In this document: positions 50,253 to 59,825 of the stretch, in pieces
Numbering within the stretch: position 1 is the stretch's first letter
Layout: every line of letters starts with the position of its first letter
Assembly: GCA_050251945.1 (NCBI GenBank)
Contig: JBFWLW010000001.1
Span: forward strand, 569,107 to 633,106
Direction of reading: 5' to 3'
Origin: Deferribacterales bacterium
Lineage (GTDB): Bacteria; Chrysiogenota; Deferribacteres; Deferribacterales; Geovibrionaceae
DNA: 64,000 bases
Translations under genes and position numbers: made by a program
Notes under the pieces: model-generated
The model's input: the letters and a program-made list of their open reading frames with translations, nothing else
What the model was told of the DNA's origin: nothing
The model's database searches: none

Positions 50253-51372
50253 CTCTGAGTTCAGGCGCGTCTTCCCTGTCCGTTTCAGCAAACAGAAAAC
50301 AGAACACTCCGTATTTCACGAAATCCGTCTCACGCAGTTCAAGAACATGAGAAAAACTGTTCTTGAGCTTTTCATAATTGAATCCCAGAAGCAGACTGTC
50401 ATCTATCTTCGGGCTTTTTTCAACGACAACCATGGCGTAAACCCTGTCGCCGCAGATATCTTCTATCTCATCCCAATGCGGAACCCTGCTCTCTGCGAAA
50501 TATTCGTAAGTATTTATCCCGTATGCAAAAACAGAAATATCCGTACAACACCATCCGGCAAACCGCAGAGGGTTAAGCTCAACAGGAACAACCCTGCCGC
50601 TGTCGTCTATACGCACTTCTATATGAAACGGAAAATCATTAACCACTGCCAGTCTGCCCAGTGACACGAGGAATTTTCTGACCTTCTCTGATATCTCTTT
50701 AACTATCGGCACGGAGGTTACATACACCCTGTCGGAAACGTCCGATGCCCCGGAGAAATAATGTTTAAGAACATTCAGTATGACAGGTTCGCCCTCTGCA
50801 TTGTAATATCCGTCGATGGCATATTCCGTCCCTTCTATCACCTCTTCAATGATGAAGCTGTGAGAGTTCAGAACGTCGTCGGGGTAGTAATCGCGAACTT
50901 TCTCCATCTCGGTGATTATCTGCGGACGGACGGTCTTCCACGCCCTTTCGTCCTCAACATAATGCACCCCAAGACTGAAAAAGCCCACCGCCGGCTTTAT
51001 TATGAAGGGAAAGCGCAGGTCTTTCGCCTTAAGCGCTTCTATTTCGTGGAAAAGCACCTCTCTGTAAAAGAACTCCGGAAACATGCCGCTCAAAAGATCG
51101 CGGAATTTAACTTTGTTCTTGAACAGATCAACTTTTTCGACAATATCCGAGAACATCAGGTTCTCGTTTATCCACGCCACAGCGTTTTCAGAGTTAGTAT
51201 ATATCACAGGCTTACTGCGAAACCTGTCGGCAAATCTTTCAGAACTTAAAAGATTACAGCCCTCGCCCAGAAGCTCCTTCGCGGTATCGTTGTCAAGCAC
51301 CGGATAATTGTTGCGTCTGATAGTATCCAGAAGCACTTTTGACACATATGGTTTGTCCAGTATAAACATCAC
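50209..51372 (-). CDS. ATP-grasp domain protein
   Basis: IKPAVGFFS, IIEE.I.G.EY.ID, HIEVR, ELNPLRFAGW. Confidence 0.85.
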   Translation of the reverse strand: MMFILDKPYVSKVLLDTIRRNNYPVLDNDTAKELLGEGCNLLSSERFADRFRSKPVIYTNSENAVAWINENLMFSDIVEKVDLFKNKVKFRDLLSGMFPEFFYREVLFHEIEALKAKDLRFPFIIKPAVGFFSLGVHYVEDERAWKTVRPQIITEMEKVRDYYPDDVLNSHSFIIEEVIEGTEYAIDGYYNAEGEPVILNVLKHYFSGASDVSDRVYVTSVPIVKEISEKVRKFLVSLGRLAVVNDFPFHIEVRIDDSGRVVPVELNPLRFAGWCCTDISVFAYGINTYEYFAESRVPHWDEIEDICGDRVYAMVVVEKSPKIDDSLLLGFNYEKLKNSFSHVLELRETDFVKYGVFCFLFAETDREDAPELRAILNSDLSEYLLYC

Positions 51373-53489
51373 ATCCTCATGGACAGAGAGAGTCTGCCCC
51401 GCTCCTTATCTATGCTCAAAACCTTGGTTTTGACTATCTGTCCGACTTTAACCACTTCGGACGGTACCTTTACGAACTTATCCGCAAGCTGGGAAATATG
51501 AACAAGCCCGTCGTTTTTCAGTCCCACGTCAACGAAAGCGCCGAAATCCACAACGTTGCTTATCTTGCCCGTAAGAATATCGCCGACATTCAGTTCATTT
51601 ATGCTTATGACCCCTGCCTTGAAAATAACAGGGTCAACGTCATCCCTTATATCTCTGTCCGGTTTTTCAAGGTTGTCCAGAATATCTTTTATGGTGTACT
51701 CGCCCAGTCCGAGCTTGTTCGCCATTGCAGGAAGATCCTTTCCCTTAACGGCAAGCTTGACCATCTCGCACTTGTCCACGCTGAGATTCATAGCAGTGAG
51801 AAACGAGTGTACCGCGCCGTAGCTTTCCGGGTGAATGAACATGCTGTCCAGCTTCTCCTGACCGCCGTATACCTTAAGAAAACCCGCCGCCTGTTTAAAT
51901 GTCAGCTCCCCTATTCCGTCAACCTTCATAAGCTCCTGACGGGAGGTGAAACGACCAATGCGTTCACGGAATTTCACTATCTTCTCAGCAAGCGATGCGC
52001 TGAGACCTGAAACATAAGACAGAAGGGACGCGCTGGCGGTGTTCAGGTCGACACCGACATTATTCACCACATCTTCAACAACTTCTGTCAGAGTTTTATC
52101 AAGTTTCTTGCCCTGCACGTCGTGCTGATACATTCCCACACCGATTGCCTGCGGCTCTATCTTAACCAGTTCCGCCAGCGGGTCGATAACGCGTCTTGCA
52201 ATAGACACTGCACCTCTGATGGATACGTCGAGGTCGGGAAATTCTTTTTTAGCCACATCACCTGCGGAATACACACTTGCTCCCGCTTCGCTGACGATGG
52301 TGTATCGTATGTCGAGACTGTCGGATTTTATGACGGAAGCGATAAATTCCTCTGTTTCACGGCTTGCCGTACCGTTGCCTATGGCGACGGCGTTAACGCC
52401 GAAATCTTTCACCGCTTTCAAGAATATCCTGCGCGCGCCTTCAACGTCCTCCTGTGGTTTTGTGGGATACATCACCCCATATCCCAGAAGCATACCCGTA
52501 GGGTCAACCACGGCGTATTTGCATCCTGTACGAAACGCCGGATCAACGCCCATAATGGTTTTGCTCTTCACCGTGGGTGTCAGAAGAAGGTTTTTGAGAT
52601 TGTCCGCAAAAACTTCAATTGCTTTAAGCTCACCCTTCTCTTTCAGTTCGCCGCGGAACTCAAGTTCGAGTGAAAGCTCTATCATCTTCTTGAACGCCTG
52701 TCTTACGCATTTAACGGTAATATCGTTTTTAACAACGCCTTTGTCGGCAGACACCTTTTGAATGGCGTTCAGGCACATCTCTTCATCTATTATAAGTTTC
52801 AGCTTAAGTATCTTTTCACGCTCGCCGCGGAACATTGCAAGCACCCTGTGGGGAGGGATTTCGCTGAGTTTCTGTGAAAACTGGTAATAGTCTTCATACG
52901 GGCTGCGCTCCTTGCTCTCTGTTTTCTGCGAAGATTCCAGAACACCGTAAAGAGTATAAAGTTCGCGGATGCGGTTCTTCACATCCACATCGTGACCAAT
53001 GTCCTCTGTGATGATATCCGCCGCCATGGTAATGGCTGTCTGTGCGTCGGCGACCGCTTCGTTTATGTACTTAGCCGCCTCATCGTCAAGTCCCGAAAGA
53101 TTTTCGTTTGATCTGATGTAGACCGACAAAGGCTCAAGTCCCGCTTCACGGGCGATGTCCGCTTTTGTCTTCTTTTTGGATTTGTATGGTTCGTAGAGGT
53201 CTTCAACCTCTTTCAGCGTTTCCGCCGCAAGGATGCGTTTTCTCAGTTCATCGGTGAGTTTGCCTCGCTCGTCAATGGCGGCAATAACCTCTTCCCTGCG
53301 CTTGGCAAGGTTTCCAAGGTACTCGTACCGTTCTATAATGTTGCGGATGTCCTCCGCATCCATACTTCCCGTCATTTCTTTGCGGTATCTGGCTATAAAG
53401 GGAACTGTGTTGCCTTCCAGATAAAGATCAATAACGCTGTCAATGTGGTTCTTTCTGAATTGAAATTCCTGATAAAGCCTGTCTCTCAT
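51369..53489 (-). CDS. tex: Tex-like RNA-binding transcription accessory protein
   Basis: TVPFIARYRKE, DPAFRTGCK, EAGASVYS, GVGMYQHD, C-terminal S1. Confidence 0.95.
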   Translation of the reverse strand: MRDRLYQEFQFRKNHIDSVIDLYLEGNTVPFIARYRKEMTGSMDAEDIRNIIERYEYLGNLAKRREEVIAAIDERGKLTDELRKRILAAETLKEVEDLYEPYKSKKKTKADIAREAGLEPLSVYIRSNENLSGLDDEAAKYINEAVADAQTAITMAADIITEDIGHDVDVKNRIRELYTLYGVLESSQKTESKERSPYEDYYQFSQKLSEIPPHRVLAMFRGEREKILKLKLIIDEEMCLNAIQKVSADKGVVKNDITVKCVRQAFKKMIELSLELEFRGELKEKGELKAIEVFADNLKNLLLTPTVKSKTIMGVDPAFRTGCKYAVVDPTGMLLGYGVMYPTKPQEDVEGARRIFLKAVKDFGVNAVAIGNGTASRETEEFIASVIKSDSLDIRYTIVSEAGASVYSAGDVAKKEFPDLDVSIRGAVSIARRVIDPLAELVKIEPQAIGVGMYQHDVQGKKLDKTLTEVVEDVVNNVGVDLNTASASLLSYVSGLSASLAEKIVKFRERIGRFTSRQELMKVDGIGELTFKQAAGFLKVYGGQEKLDSMFIHPESYGAVHSFLTAMNLSVDKCEMVKLAVKGKDLPAMANKLGLGEYTIKDILDNLEKPDRDIRDDVDPVIFKAGVISINELNVGDILTGKISNVVDFGAFVDVGLKNDGLVHISQLADKFVKVPSEVVKVGQIVKTKVLSIDKERGRLSLSMRM

Positions 53490-53557
53490 TAATCACCCGA
53501 AGATATTGTTCGTAATGGAATTATCTTACTCGAATACAGAGAGCGGGACAAGAGTTT

Positions 53558-54781
53558 TCAGCTTGCCGAACAGACCCTGTTTCTTCCTTCTTTTTTTGCA
53601 GTGTAAAGCAGGTTGTCCGCGGCGGATATCATGTCGTCCAGCCCCTTGCCGTAGCTCGAGCAGACTCCAATGCTCACGGTAACGTTTATTTCAATGCTGT
53701 TATATGAAACGCCGGATCTTTCTATCATACTGCGCAGACCTTCAAAATAGTCCCCGTCCGCACCCGGTTCGATGTATATGCAGAATTCCTCACCGCCGAA
53801 ACGTGAAACAAGTCCGCGTTTGCCGATATATTCCGTGATCGCCTGCGAAATGTTTTTCAGCACATAATCACCGACATTGTGTCCGAAAGAATCGTTTATC
53901 CTTTTAAAATGGTCTATATCAAGCACCGCAATGCTCTTAGATTTCTCGATATCAAATACTTCGTTCATATGCATGAAGAAATATCTCCGGTTGTAAAGCC
54001 CTGTAAGATAGTCTTTGTAAGACATATCACGGATATGGTCGATAAGCATCAGAGTTTGCAGGTTCTGGTTGACCCTGCAATAAAACTGTTCAGGGCTGAA
54101 CGGTTTCAGAAGGAAGTCGTTTGCACCGTATTTTATAAATTTTGCCGAAAGCTCCGCCGTCCCCTCTCTGGACATACCGATGAACGCCACTTTGTCTTTG
54201 GGAAATTTCTTACGGATGAGACGCACCAGATCGAAACCGGAAAGCTCGGGCATAAGATAGTCGGCTATAACTATTTTCAAATTATCAAGCTTCATGGCAA
54301 GATCAAAGGCTTCCTTGCCGGATTCGCAGGTATGCACGCGGAAAAGATGCGCCGCCAGCAGAGCCTTTATCCTGTTTCTCATAAGTCGGGAATCGTCGGC
54401 AACGATAACGTCGATATTTCGGTTAAGCATCATCTGCCGGAGCAGCTTAGCAATATAGATGTCACTGTCTGGATCTTTTTTCAGAACATAATCGACAATG
54501 TTTTTTTTCCATATTTTTTCGCGGAGGGTATCGTCATAGTCTCCGGTGTATACGATGGCGGGGATTTTTTTGTTCTGCGCAAAATCAACCATGCCAGCCT
54601 GTGCGGCATCAGGAAGGTTCAGGTCAACAACCACAGCAAAATAGCCAAAAGCAGATGTGTACTCCATCGCCTTCGCATAAGTTACGGCGTGGTCAACCTC
54701 CAGACCGGTCTCAAGCTCTATCCTCTTTTTCAGGAGAGTTCCCAGAATATTGCTGTCTTCTACAACCAGTATCTTGTCCAT
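53558..54781 (-). CDS. REC-REC-GGDEF diguanylate cyclase
   Basis: Two REC domains, DYLTGLYNRR, DIDHFK, GGEEF. Confidence 0.92.
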   Translation of the reverse strand: MDKILVVEDSNILGTLLKKRIELETGLEVDHAVTYAKAMEYTSAFGYFAVVVDLNLPDAAQAGMVDFAQNKKIPAIVYTGDYDDTLREKIWKKNIVDYVLKKDPDSDIYIAKLLRQMMLNRNIDVIVADDSRLMRNRIKALLAAHLFRVHTCESGKEAFDLAMKLDNLKIVIADYLMPELSGFDLVRLIRKKFPKDKVAFIGMSREGTAELSAKFIKYGANDFLLKPFSPEQFYCRVNQNLQTLMLIDHIRDMSYKDYLTGLYNRRYFFMHMNEVFDIEKSKSIAVLDIDHFKRINDSFGHNVGDYVLKNISQAITEYIGKRGLVSRFGGEEFCIYIEPGADGDYFEGLRSMIERSGVSYNSIEINVTVSIGVCSSYGKGLDDMISAADNLLYTAKKEGRNRVCSAS

Positions 54782-54835
54782 ATGAACCTATCCTAAAAAC
54801 AGAATAGAGAAACCTAGCAGAAAACGAAGTGTTTT

Positions 54836-55345
54836 TTAACTGTTATTTTTGTAATTCTGCACACGTTCACTTATAGTTTTCATTACAATATTAACCGATT
54901 TAACGTCTTTTTTATCATTAGAACCGAAAAGTGAAGTCAAAAGTGCATAAAATTTTGAAACAAGCGAAACGTATAAAACCAACCCTTCCTGTGTGGCGGT
55001 AATCTTTTTCATCCGTCTGTCGTCGCCGGATTTAACGGTTCCGACATAACCGGCTGTTTCCAGCCCTTTTATAACAGAAGACGCCGTTGCACGTGAGATG
55101 CCCATGTGATCCGCCAGCTCATATGGAAAAAGTCCTTCGGGATAAGAGGAAAGAAGGGAGAGAGCCGTATATCTGCTCAGAGACAGATTATTTTCAGAAA
55201 AAAATTTCTCAATTTCCACAAGCATATCGCTGGATGCCTTAAGCACCCCCAGAACAGAAGACACGGACGAAGCGTCAACATTCTTATCATCGCCAGCGGC
55301 AGCCTTGATGGCTTTTTTATCAGGGATATCTTTCAGCAGAAACAT
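54836..55345 (-). CDS. MarR family regulator
   Basis: ELA..MGISRATAS, DRR, T.EG winged helix. Confidence 0.85.
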   Translation of the reverse strand: MFLLKDIPDKKAIKAAAGDDKNVDASSVSSVLGVLKASSDMLVEIEKFFSENNLSLSRYTALSLLSSYPEGLFPYELADHMGISRATASSVIKGLETAGYVGTVKSGDDRRMKKITATQEGLVLYVSLVSKFYALLTSLFGSNDKKDVKSVNIVMKTISERVQNYKNNS

Positions 55346-55404
55346 AAGCTCACCGTTTTTTATTTAATTTTACCACGAAATCGGCAAAACAGTGAGAAAT
55401 GATA

Positions 55405-56289
55405 TTAAAGAATAGAGCGAACCGTGTTTTTTCCTGCAAGTTTAGCCATACTCACCGCTATTTCCGCTCTGGAAACCGTGTTTTCACAGGCGTCGTCCTG
55501 CGCGGACACCTGCGAACAGCCGAAACTTGCAGTAAGTCTGAGCTTACCCGATGGAGTGGTTATATCACTGGATTCAAGAACCTTTCTAAGTCTTTCTGCA
55601 AGCATCTCAGCGCCCTTAACGTCGGTATCAGGCAGAAGCACAGAAAACTTGTCGCCGCCAAGCCTTGCAATCACATCAGACTGGCGCAGAACTCGCTGCA
55701 GAACTCTGGAAATATGCACCAGAAGAGAATCACAGACCTTTTGTCCGTATACTTCCATCATTTCGCGGAACCCGTCCATGTCAACGGATATCACGGAATA
55801 GGTTCTGAAGGTGCGCAGAAACCTGTGATAAAAGCTGTTAAGCTCCGTTATAAAGAAACTGCGGGAATAAACGCCTGTCAGCGGGTCGGAAAATGACGTT
55901 TCTTTAAGCTTGTTCTCAATATTCTTCTGTTCCGTTATGTCCCTTGTGAGCCATATGACGCATCTTCTATCCATAAAACTGAAAGGGGCAACACGCGCCT
56001 CGAACCAGACCTTACCCGGTTCCGCGGCACCCATGCTGCACGTTTGTTCCTCAAAGTCATATTCGTAAATATTCGGTTCATCATTAGTTATGGTTTCGCG
56101 GATAATGGCTATGAACCTGTCGGCGAGGTGTTTGTCTATCACTTCATATATATTTCTGCCTATGAGAGTTTTTCCGTCACCCGCACTGCGTCCGATAACG
56201 TCGATATAATCTCCGTCCTCGGAAAAAACGTACACAGGATCTGGTAACGCATTCATCGCAGCAAATATAAAATCTTGACTGTTTTTCAT
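55405..56289 (-). CDS. PAS-GGDEF protein with degenerate GGDKF site
   Basis: PAS..RDITEQK, DPLTG, RQSD I-site, GGDKF. Confidence 0.88.
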   Translation of the reverse strand: MKNSQDFIFAAMNALPDPVYVFSEDGDYIDVIGRSAGDGKTLIGRNIYEVIDKHLADRFIAIIRETITNDEPNIYEYDFEEQTCSMGAAEPGKVWFEARVAPFSFMDRRCVIWLTRDITEQKNIENKLKETSFSDPLTGVYSRSFFITELNSFYHRFLRTFRTYSVISVDMDGFREMMEVYGQKVCDSLLVHISRVLQRVLRQSDVIARLGGDKFSVLLPDTDVKGAEMLAERLRKVLESSDITTPSGKLRLTASFGCSQVSAQDDACENTVSRAEIAVSMAKLAGKNTVRSIL

Positions 56290-56460
56290 GTTTTGCCAAC
56301 ACCTCAGGATTATATACCCGAGCTTAATTTAATATTCATTATTTCGCAACGGATATGTTTACTTCAATTCGTATGGTTAAGATTACCAAATTTTTCAAGT
56401 CACTGTTCCATGTTTGATATTATATGGTATTATGAATAAATTTGATTCTGCGGTAGGTAA

Positions 56461-58026
56461 ATGAATTTTATTTTTAGATTTCTCAATCGGCGTTACTCCA
56501 TCAGACTGCTGATTTTTTTCATGTCCGTTTTTCTTTTTCTTTTTTTTGTCGGCGGAGCGGTGCCTATTATGCTGGAGGATTACGCCGAAAAGAACGAGAG
56601 CTATGCCCATAAATATATAAGCGAAATGGACAGGATATCTTCGGATATCAGAATCACTCTGACCAAACTGAACGGTCTGAATCTGAAAGACTGCGACAGT
56701 GAAATGATAAAACAGCTTCGTTTCGCTCAGTTTGAATCGAAATATATAAAAGATATCGGCTATAGTGTGGACAGCAAACTGATCTGCACATCGGGGCTTG
56801 GAAAACTGGATAAACCTTTCGACGAGCTTCCGCCTGATCTCGTTACTCCTCAGGGCGCGCTGGTTTGGCTTAAAGTACCTATCAAACTGTTCGATTTTGA
56901 GAAAATGGCGCACGTTGTACGTATAGGTCACTTCAACGCCGTTTTCAACACAAGCGAAATAGATAAAAAAGACATATCAGCGTCCAATCTTGCCATTTAT
57001 GTGGTACAAAAGGATAAACCGCCTTATTTCTACGGTGGCAACAAAGCTCTGACCATCGACAGGTTCATCCCAAAATCATCGGTTTACGACATGCACGGCA
57101 TGAAGACAATCAAATGTTCGGAAACATCGAATATCTGTGCCGCCGTGTACGTTTCATATTCGGAAATAATACAGAAAGAAGCACCGATGATCTTCGGCAT
57201 AGTCATGCTGTCCGCAATCAGTACGATATTTTTCATGAAGTTTCTTTACGATCTGCTGAACAAATTCAAGGGATTCAGAAACAGATTCAGATTCGGGCTC
57301 ACCGCCGACAGGGTACTCTGTTATTACCAGCCCATTGTTGAGCTTGAAACATCAAAACTGATAGGCTGCGAGGTGCTCTGCCGCTGGGTGGATTTCGACG
57401 GACGGGTCGCAACTCCCGACGAGTTCCTGCACATAGTCAAAGAACAGCACAAAACAAAAGAATTAACACAAATAATCATAGATAAAAGCTTTGCTGAACT
57501 TACCCCCATAATTAGCCCTATTCCTCAATTCAAAATATCGTTCAATATCTTTCCGTCTGATTTTCAAACGGATACCATAGTTAATATGATAGACAGCTAC
57601 AGAGAAAAACACCCTGAACTCACCATAAACCTTGAACTTACGGAAGATGAACTTATTGAACTTGCACAGGTTTCAGTCGCCATCGACGAACTCAGGGCAA
57701 AAGGATACGTTATATCCATCGACGATTTCGGAACCGGATATTCAAGCCTTTCGTACCTGCGGGAAATAAACGCGGACTACATAAAGATAGACCGTTCTTT
57801 TGTGCGCGAAATTGAACACGGCTCTATAAAATCAAATCTTATACCGGATATTGTGAACATAGCCAACAGCATCGGGTCACAGGTAATAGCCGAAGGCATA
57901 GAAAAACAGGAACAGATCGAATATCTGGTGTCTTTCAAAGTGGCATACGGTCAGGGATATCTGTTCGGCAAACCATGCTGCGCCAAAGATTTTTCAAACC
58001 TTGTATGCGGAGATAAACTTTGCTGA
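56461..58026 (+). CDS. CSS-motif EAL c-di-GMP phosphodiesterase
   Basis: Periplasmic C...ICTS, YQP, EVL, ELTE, DDFGTGYSS, EGIE. Confidence 0.9.
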   Translation: MNFIFRFLNRRYSIRLLIFFMSVFLFLFFVGGAVPIMLEDYAEKNESYAHKYISEMDRISSDIRITLTKLNGLNLKDCDSEMIKQLRFAQFESKYIKDIGYSVDSKLICTSGLGKLDKPFDELPPDLVTPQGALVWLKVPIKLFDFEKMAHVVRIGHFNAVFNTSEIDKKDISASNLAIYVVQKDKPPYFYGGNKALTIDRFIPKSSVYDMHGMKTIKCSETSNICAAVYVSYSEIIQKEAPMIFGIVMLSAISTIFFMKFLYDLLNKFKGFRNRFRFGLTADRVLCYYQPIVELETSKLIGCEVLCRWVDFDGRVATPDEFLHIVKEQHKTKELTQIIIDKSFAELTPIISPIPQFKISFNIFPSDFQTDTIVNMIDSYREKHPELTINLELTEDELIELAQVSVAIDELRAKGYVISIDDFGTGYSSLSYLREINADYIKIDRSFVREIEHGSIKSNLIPDIVNIANSIGSQVIAEGIEKQEQIEYLVSFKVAYGQGYLFGKPCCAKDFSNLVCGDKLC

Positions 58027-58060
58027 GTTGCTTTTTTCTGTAAAATAAGTATATTAGTTT

Positions 58061-58197
58061 TATTCTCAGGGCGGGGTGCAAGTCCCCACCGGCGGTAATC
58101 CCTTTTCGGGTAGCCCGCGAGCGTCTGCCTCACAGCAGAGACAGCAGATACGGTTAGATTCCGTAGCCGACGGTCACAGTCCGGATGGAAGAGGATA
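58061..58197 (+). ncRNA. FMN riboswitch (RFN element)
   Basis: TCAGGGCGGGGTG..CCCCACCGGCGGT..AGCCCGCGAG..CCGACGGT..AGTCCGGATG, upstream of ribB. Confidence 0.95.
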
Positions 58198-58272
58198 TTT
58201 GAACATGTCACGCGTCCGCGCGGCTATCTTACTCTCCCACAACGCCCTGATTCATGTACAAAGGAGTAAACC

Positions 58273-58902
58273 ATGAATCAGACAGGTCTTAAAATTTTCG
58301 GAAACTCACAGGAACGGATGGAAAAAGCTCTGGCTTCGATGAGGTCAGGCGAGGGAATCATCGTTGTCGACGATGAGGACAGAGAAAACGAAGGGGATAT
58401 CATCTATCCCGCGGAAACTCTCACCGCAGCCCAAACGGCAAGGCTCATCCGCGATTGCAGCGGCATAGTCTGCGTATGCATCACAGAAGAACAGCGCAAA
58501 ATTCTCGGTCTTGAGATGATGACCCGCAACAACAGAAGCCAGTTCGGCACAGCATTCACAGTGTCCGTTGAGGCAGCAGAAGGCGTTACGACAGGCGTTT
58601 CCGCCAAAGACAGGCTCACAACCATACAGGCTGTTATGAACGGCGCAAAACTCGCTTCACCCGGTCATGTCTTTCCTCTTGTAGCACGCGAAGGCGGTGT
58701 TTTTGAGAGAGGCGGACACACGGAGGCGACCATCGACATGGTCAAACTCGCAGGTTATAAACCGTGCGGCGTTCTCTGTGAACTGACAAATCCCGACGGG
58801 ACAATGATGAAACTGCCTCAGATAACCGAATATGCCGTGCAGCACGGTTTCACTGTTATAAGTATTGAAGATATCAAAGAATATATCGGCGCTCACGTTT
58901 AA
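58273..58902 (+). CDS. ribB: 3,4-dihydroxy-2-butanone-4-phosphate synthase
   Basis: [29 protein letters not shown]. Confidence 0.95.
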   Translation: MNQTGLKIFGNSQERMEKALASMRSGEGIIVVDDEDRENEGDIIYPAETLTAAQTARLIRDCSGIVCVCITEEQRKILGLEMMTRNNRSQFGTAFTVSVEAAEGVTTGVSAKDRLTTIQAVMNGAKLASPGHVFPLVAREGGVFERGGHTEATIDMVKLAGYKPCGVLCELTNPDGTMMKLPQITEYAVQHGFTVISIEDIKEYIGAHV

Positions 58903-58929
58903 AGAAAAGCCGGAGTGAAAACTCCGGCT

Positions 58930-59110
58930 CTGGTTGTTGACAAACAATTTAAAACCAATGAGATGAAGGCGAAACAAGTTCGCCATTTTCCGCTTCGCTC
59001 CAAAAGCCGCGTCAGCCTATGGCTTCCTCGCAATGACAGTAGCTTACGTCTTCGCGAGGAGCGTATGCGACGACGCGATCTCCTATTTCCATGACTTTGT
59101 CATCAGTCTG
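58930..59110. mobile_element. MITE with IS1182-like ends and perfect 22-bp target duplication
   Basis: Ends CTGGTTGTTGACAAA / TTTGTCATCAGTCTG; AGCCGGAGTGAAAACTCCGGCT at 58908-58929 and 59111-59132. Confidence 0.85.
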
Positions 59111-59136
59111 AGCCGGAGTGAAAACTCCGGCTTTTT

Positions 59137-59772
59137 TCATTTAGGCATGGTCATTTCAAACTTCTGGTGACAGCTTATGCAATAAGCCGTCTGCTCAGTG
59201 TGGATGTGGTGGCACATGGAACACGCTACATCTCCAAGATGCGATTTATGCGGGTTCCTGTCCTTGAATTCCGCCGGTTCGGTCTTCTTCTGAAGCTCTT
59301 CAAGCGAACCGTGGCATGCCAGACAAACGTCGTTGCTCACCTCAGCGGCGAATACAGGCAATTCTTTTCCATGGCAGCCCGTACAGAACACCTGCGCCTT
59401 AGCGTGCTTATTATCCATAAACTCTGATGTCTGCCAGCTGACCGTCATGTCTTTGATAAGGTCGGTCTCCTCTGTAACCTTACCTTTTTTACCGCCCTTC
59501 ACTGTGAAAGGAGCGCTTCCTTTCATCTCGTGACAGACAGTACATTCCACACCGTCACTGTGTTTCAGGTGAATGCCGGAAGCGAACGGGTCTGTTTTGC
59601 CTGCATCCACGCCTTTATGACATGCGGGGCAGGTCACAGGCTGGAATTTGACCTTTTTATGGTCTTTCGGCAATACGTCCGCAGGCTGGTGGCACTCAAG
59701 GCAGGCGGGCTTTTCAGCCGCAATAACAATGCCGGAGATACACAGCATAATGATAATTATCAAAGTTTTCAC
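59137..59772 (-). CDS. Periplasmic heptaheme cytochrome c (Mcc-like)
   Basis: Signal peptide plus seven CxxCH motifs. Confidence 0.9.
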   Translation of the reverse strand: MKTLIIIIMLCISGIVIAAEKPACLECHQPADVLPKDHKKVKFQPVTCPACHKGVDAGKTDPFASGIHLKHSDGVECTVCHEMKGSAPFTVKGGKKGKVTEETDLIKDMTVSWQTSEFMDNKHAKAQVFCTGCHGKELPVFAAEVSNDVCLACHGSLEELQKKTEPAEFKDRNPHKSHLGDVACSMCHHIHTEQTAYCISCHQKFEMTMPK

Positions 59773-59825
59773 GGCGTCACCTTAAATAAGATAGGACGGG
59801 GCAAAACACCCCGCCCTTTAATAAT

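Noticed and set aside
53879..54796. Long antisense ORFs (also 40890-41732, 14699-15418, 7667-8338)
   Set aside because: Lie opposite well-supported genes and show no recognisable motifs
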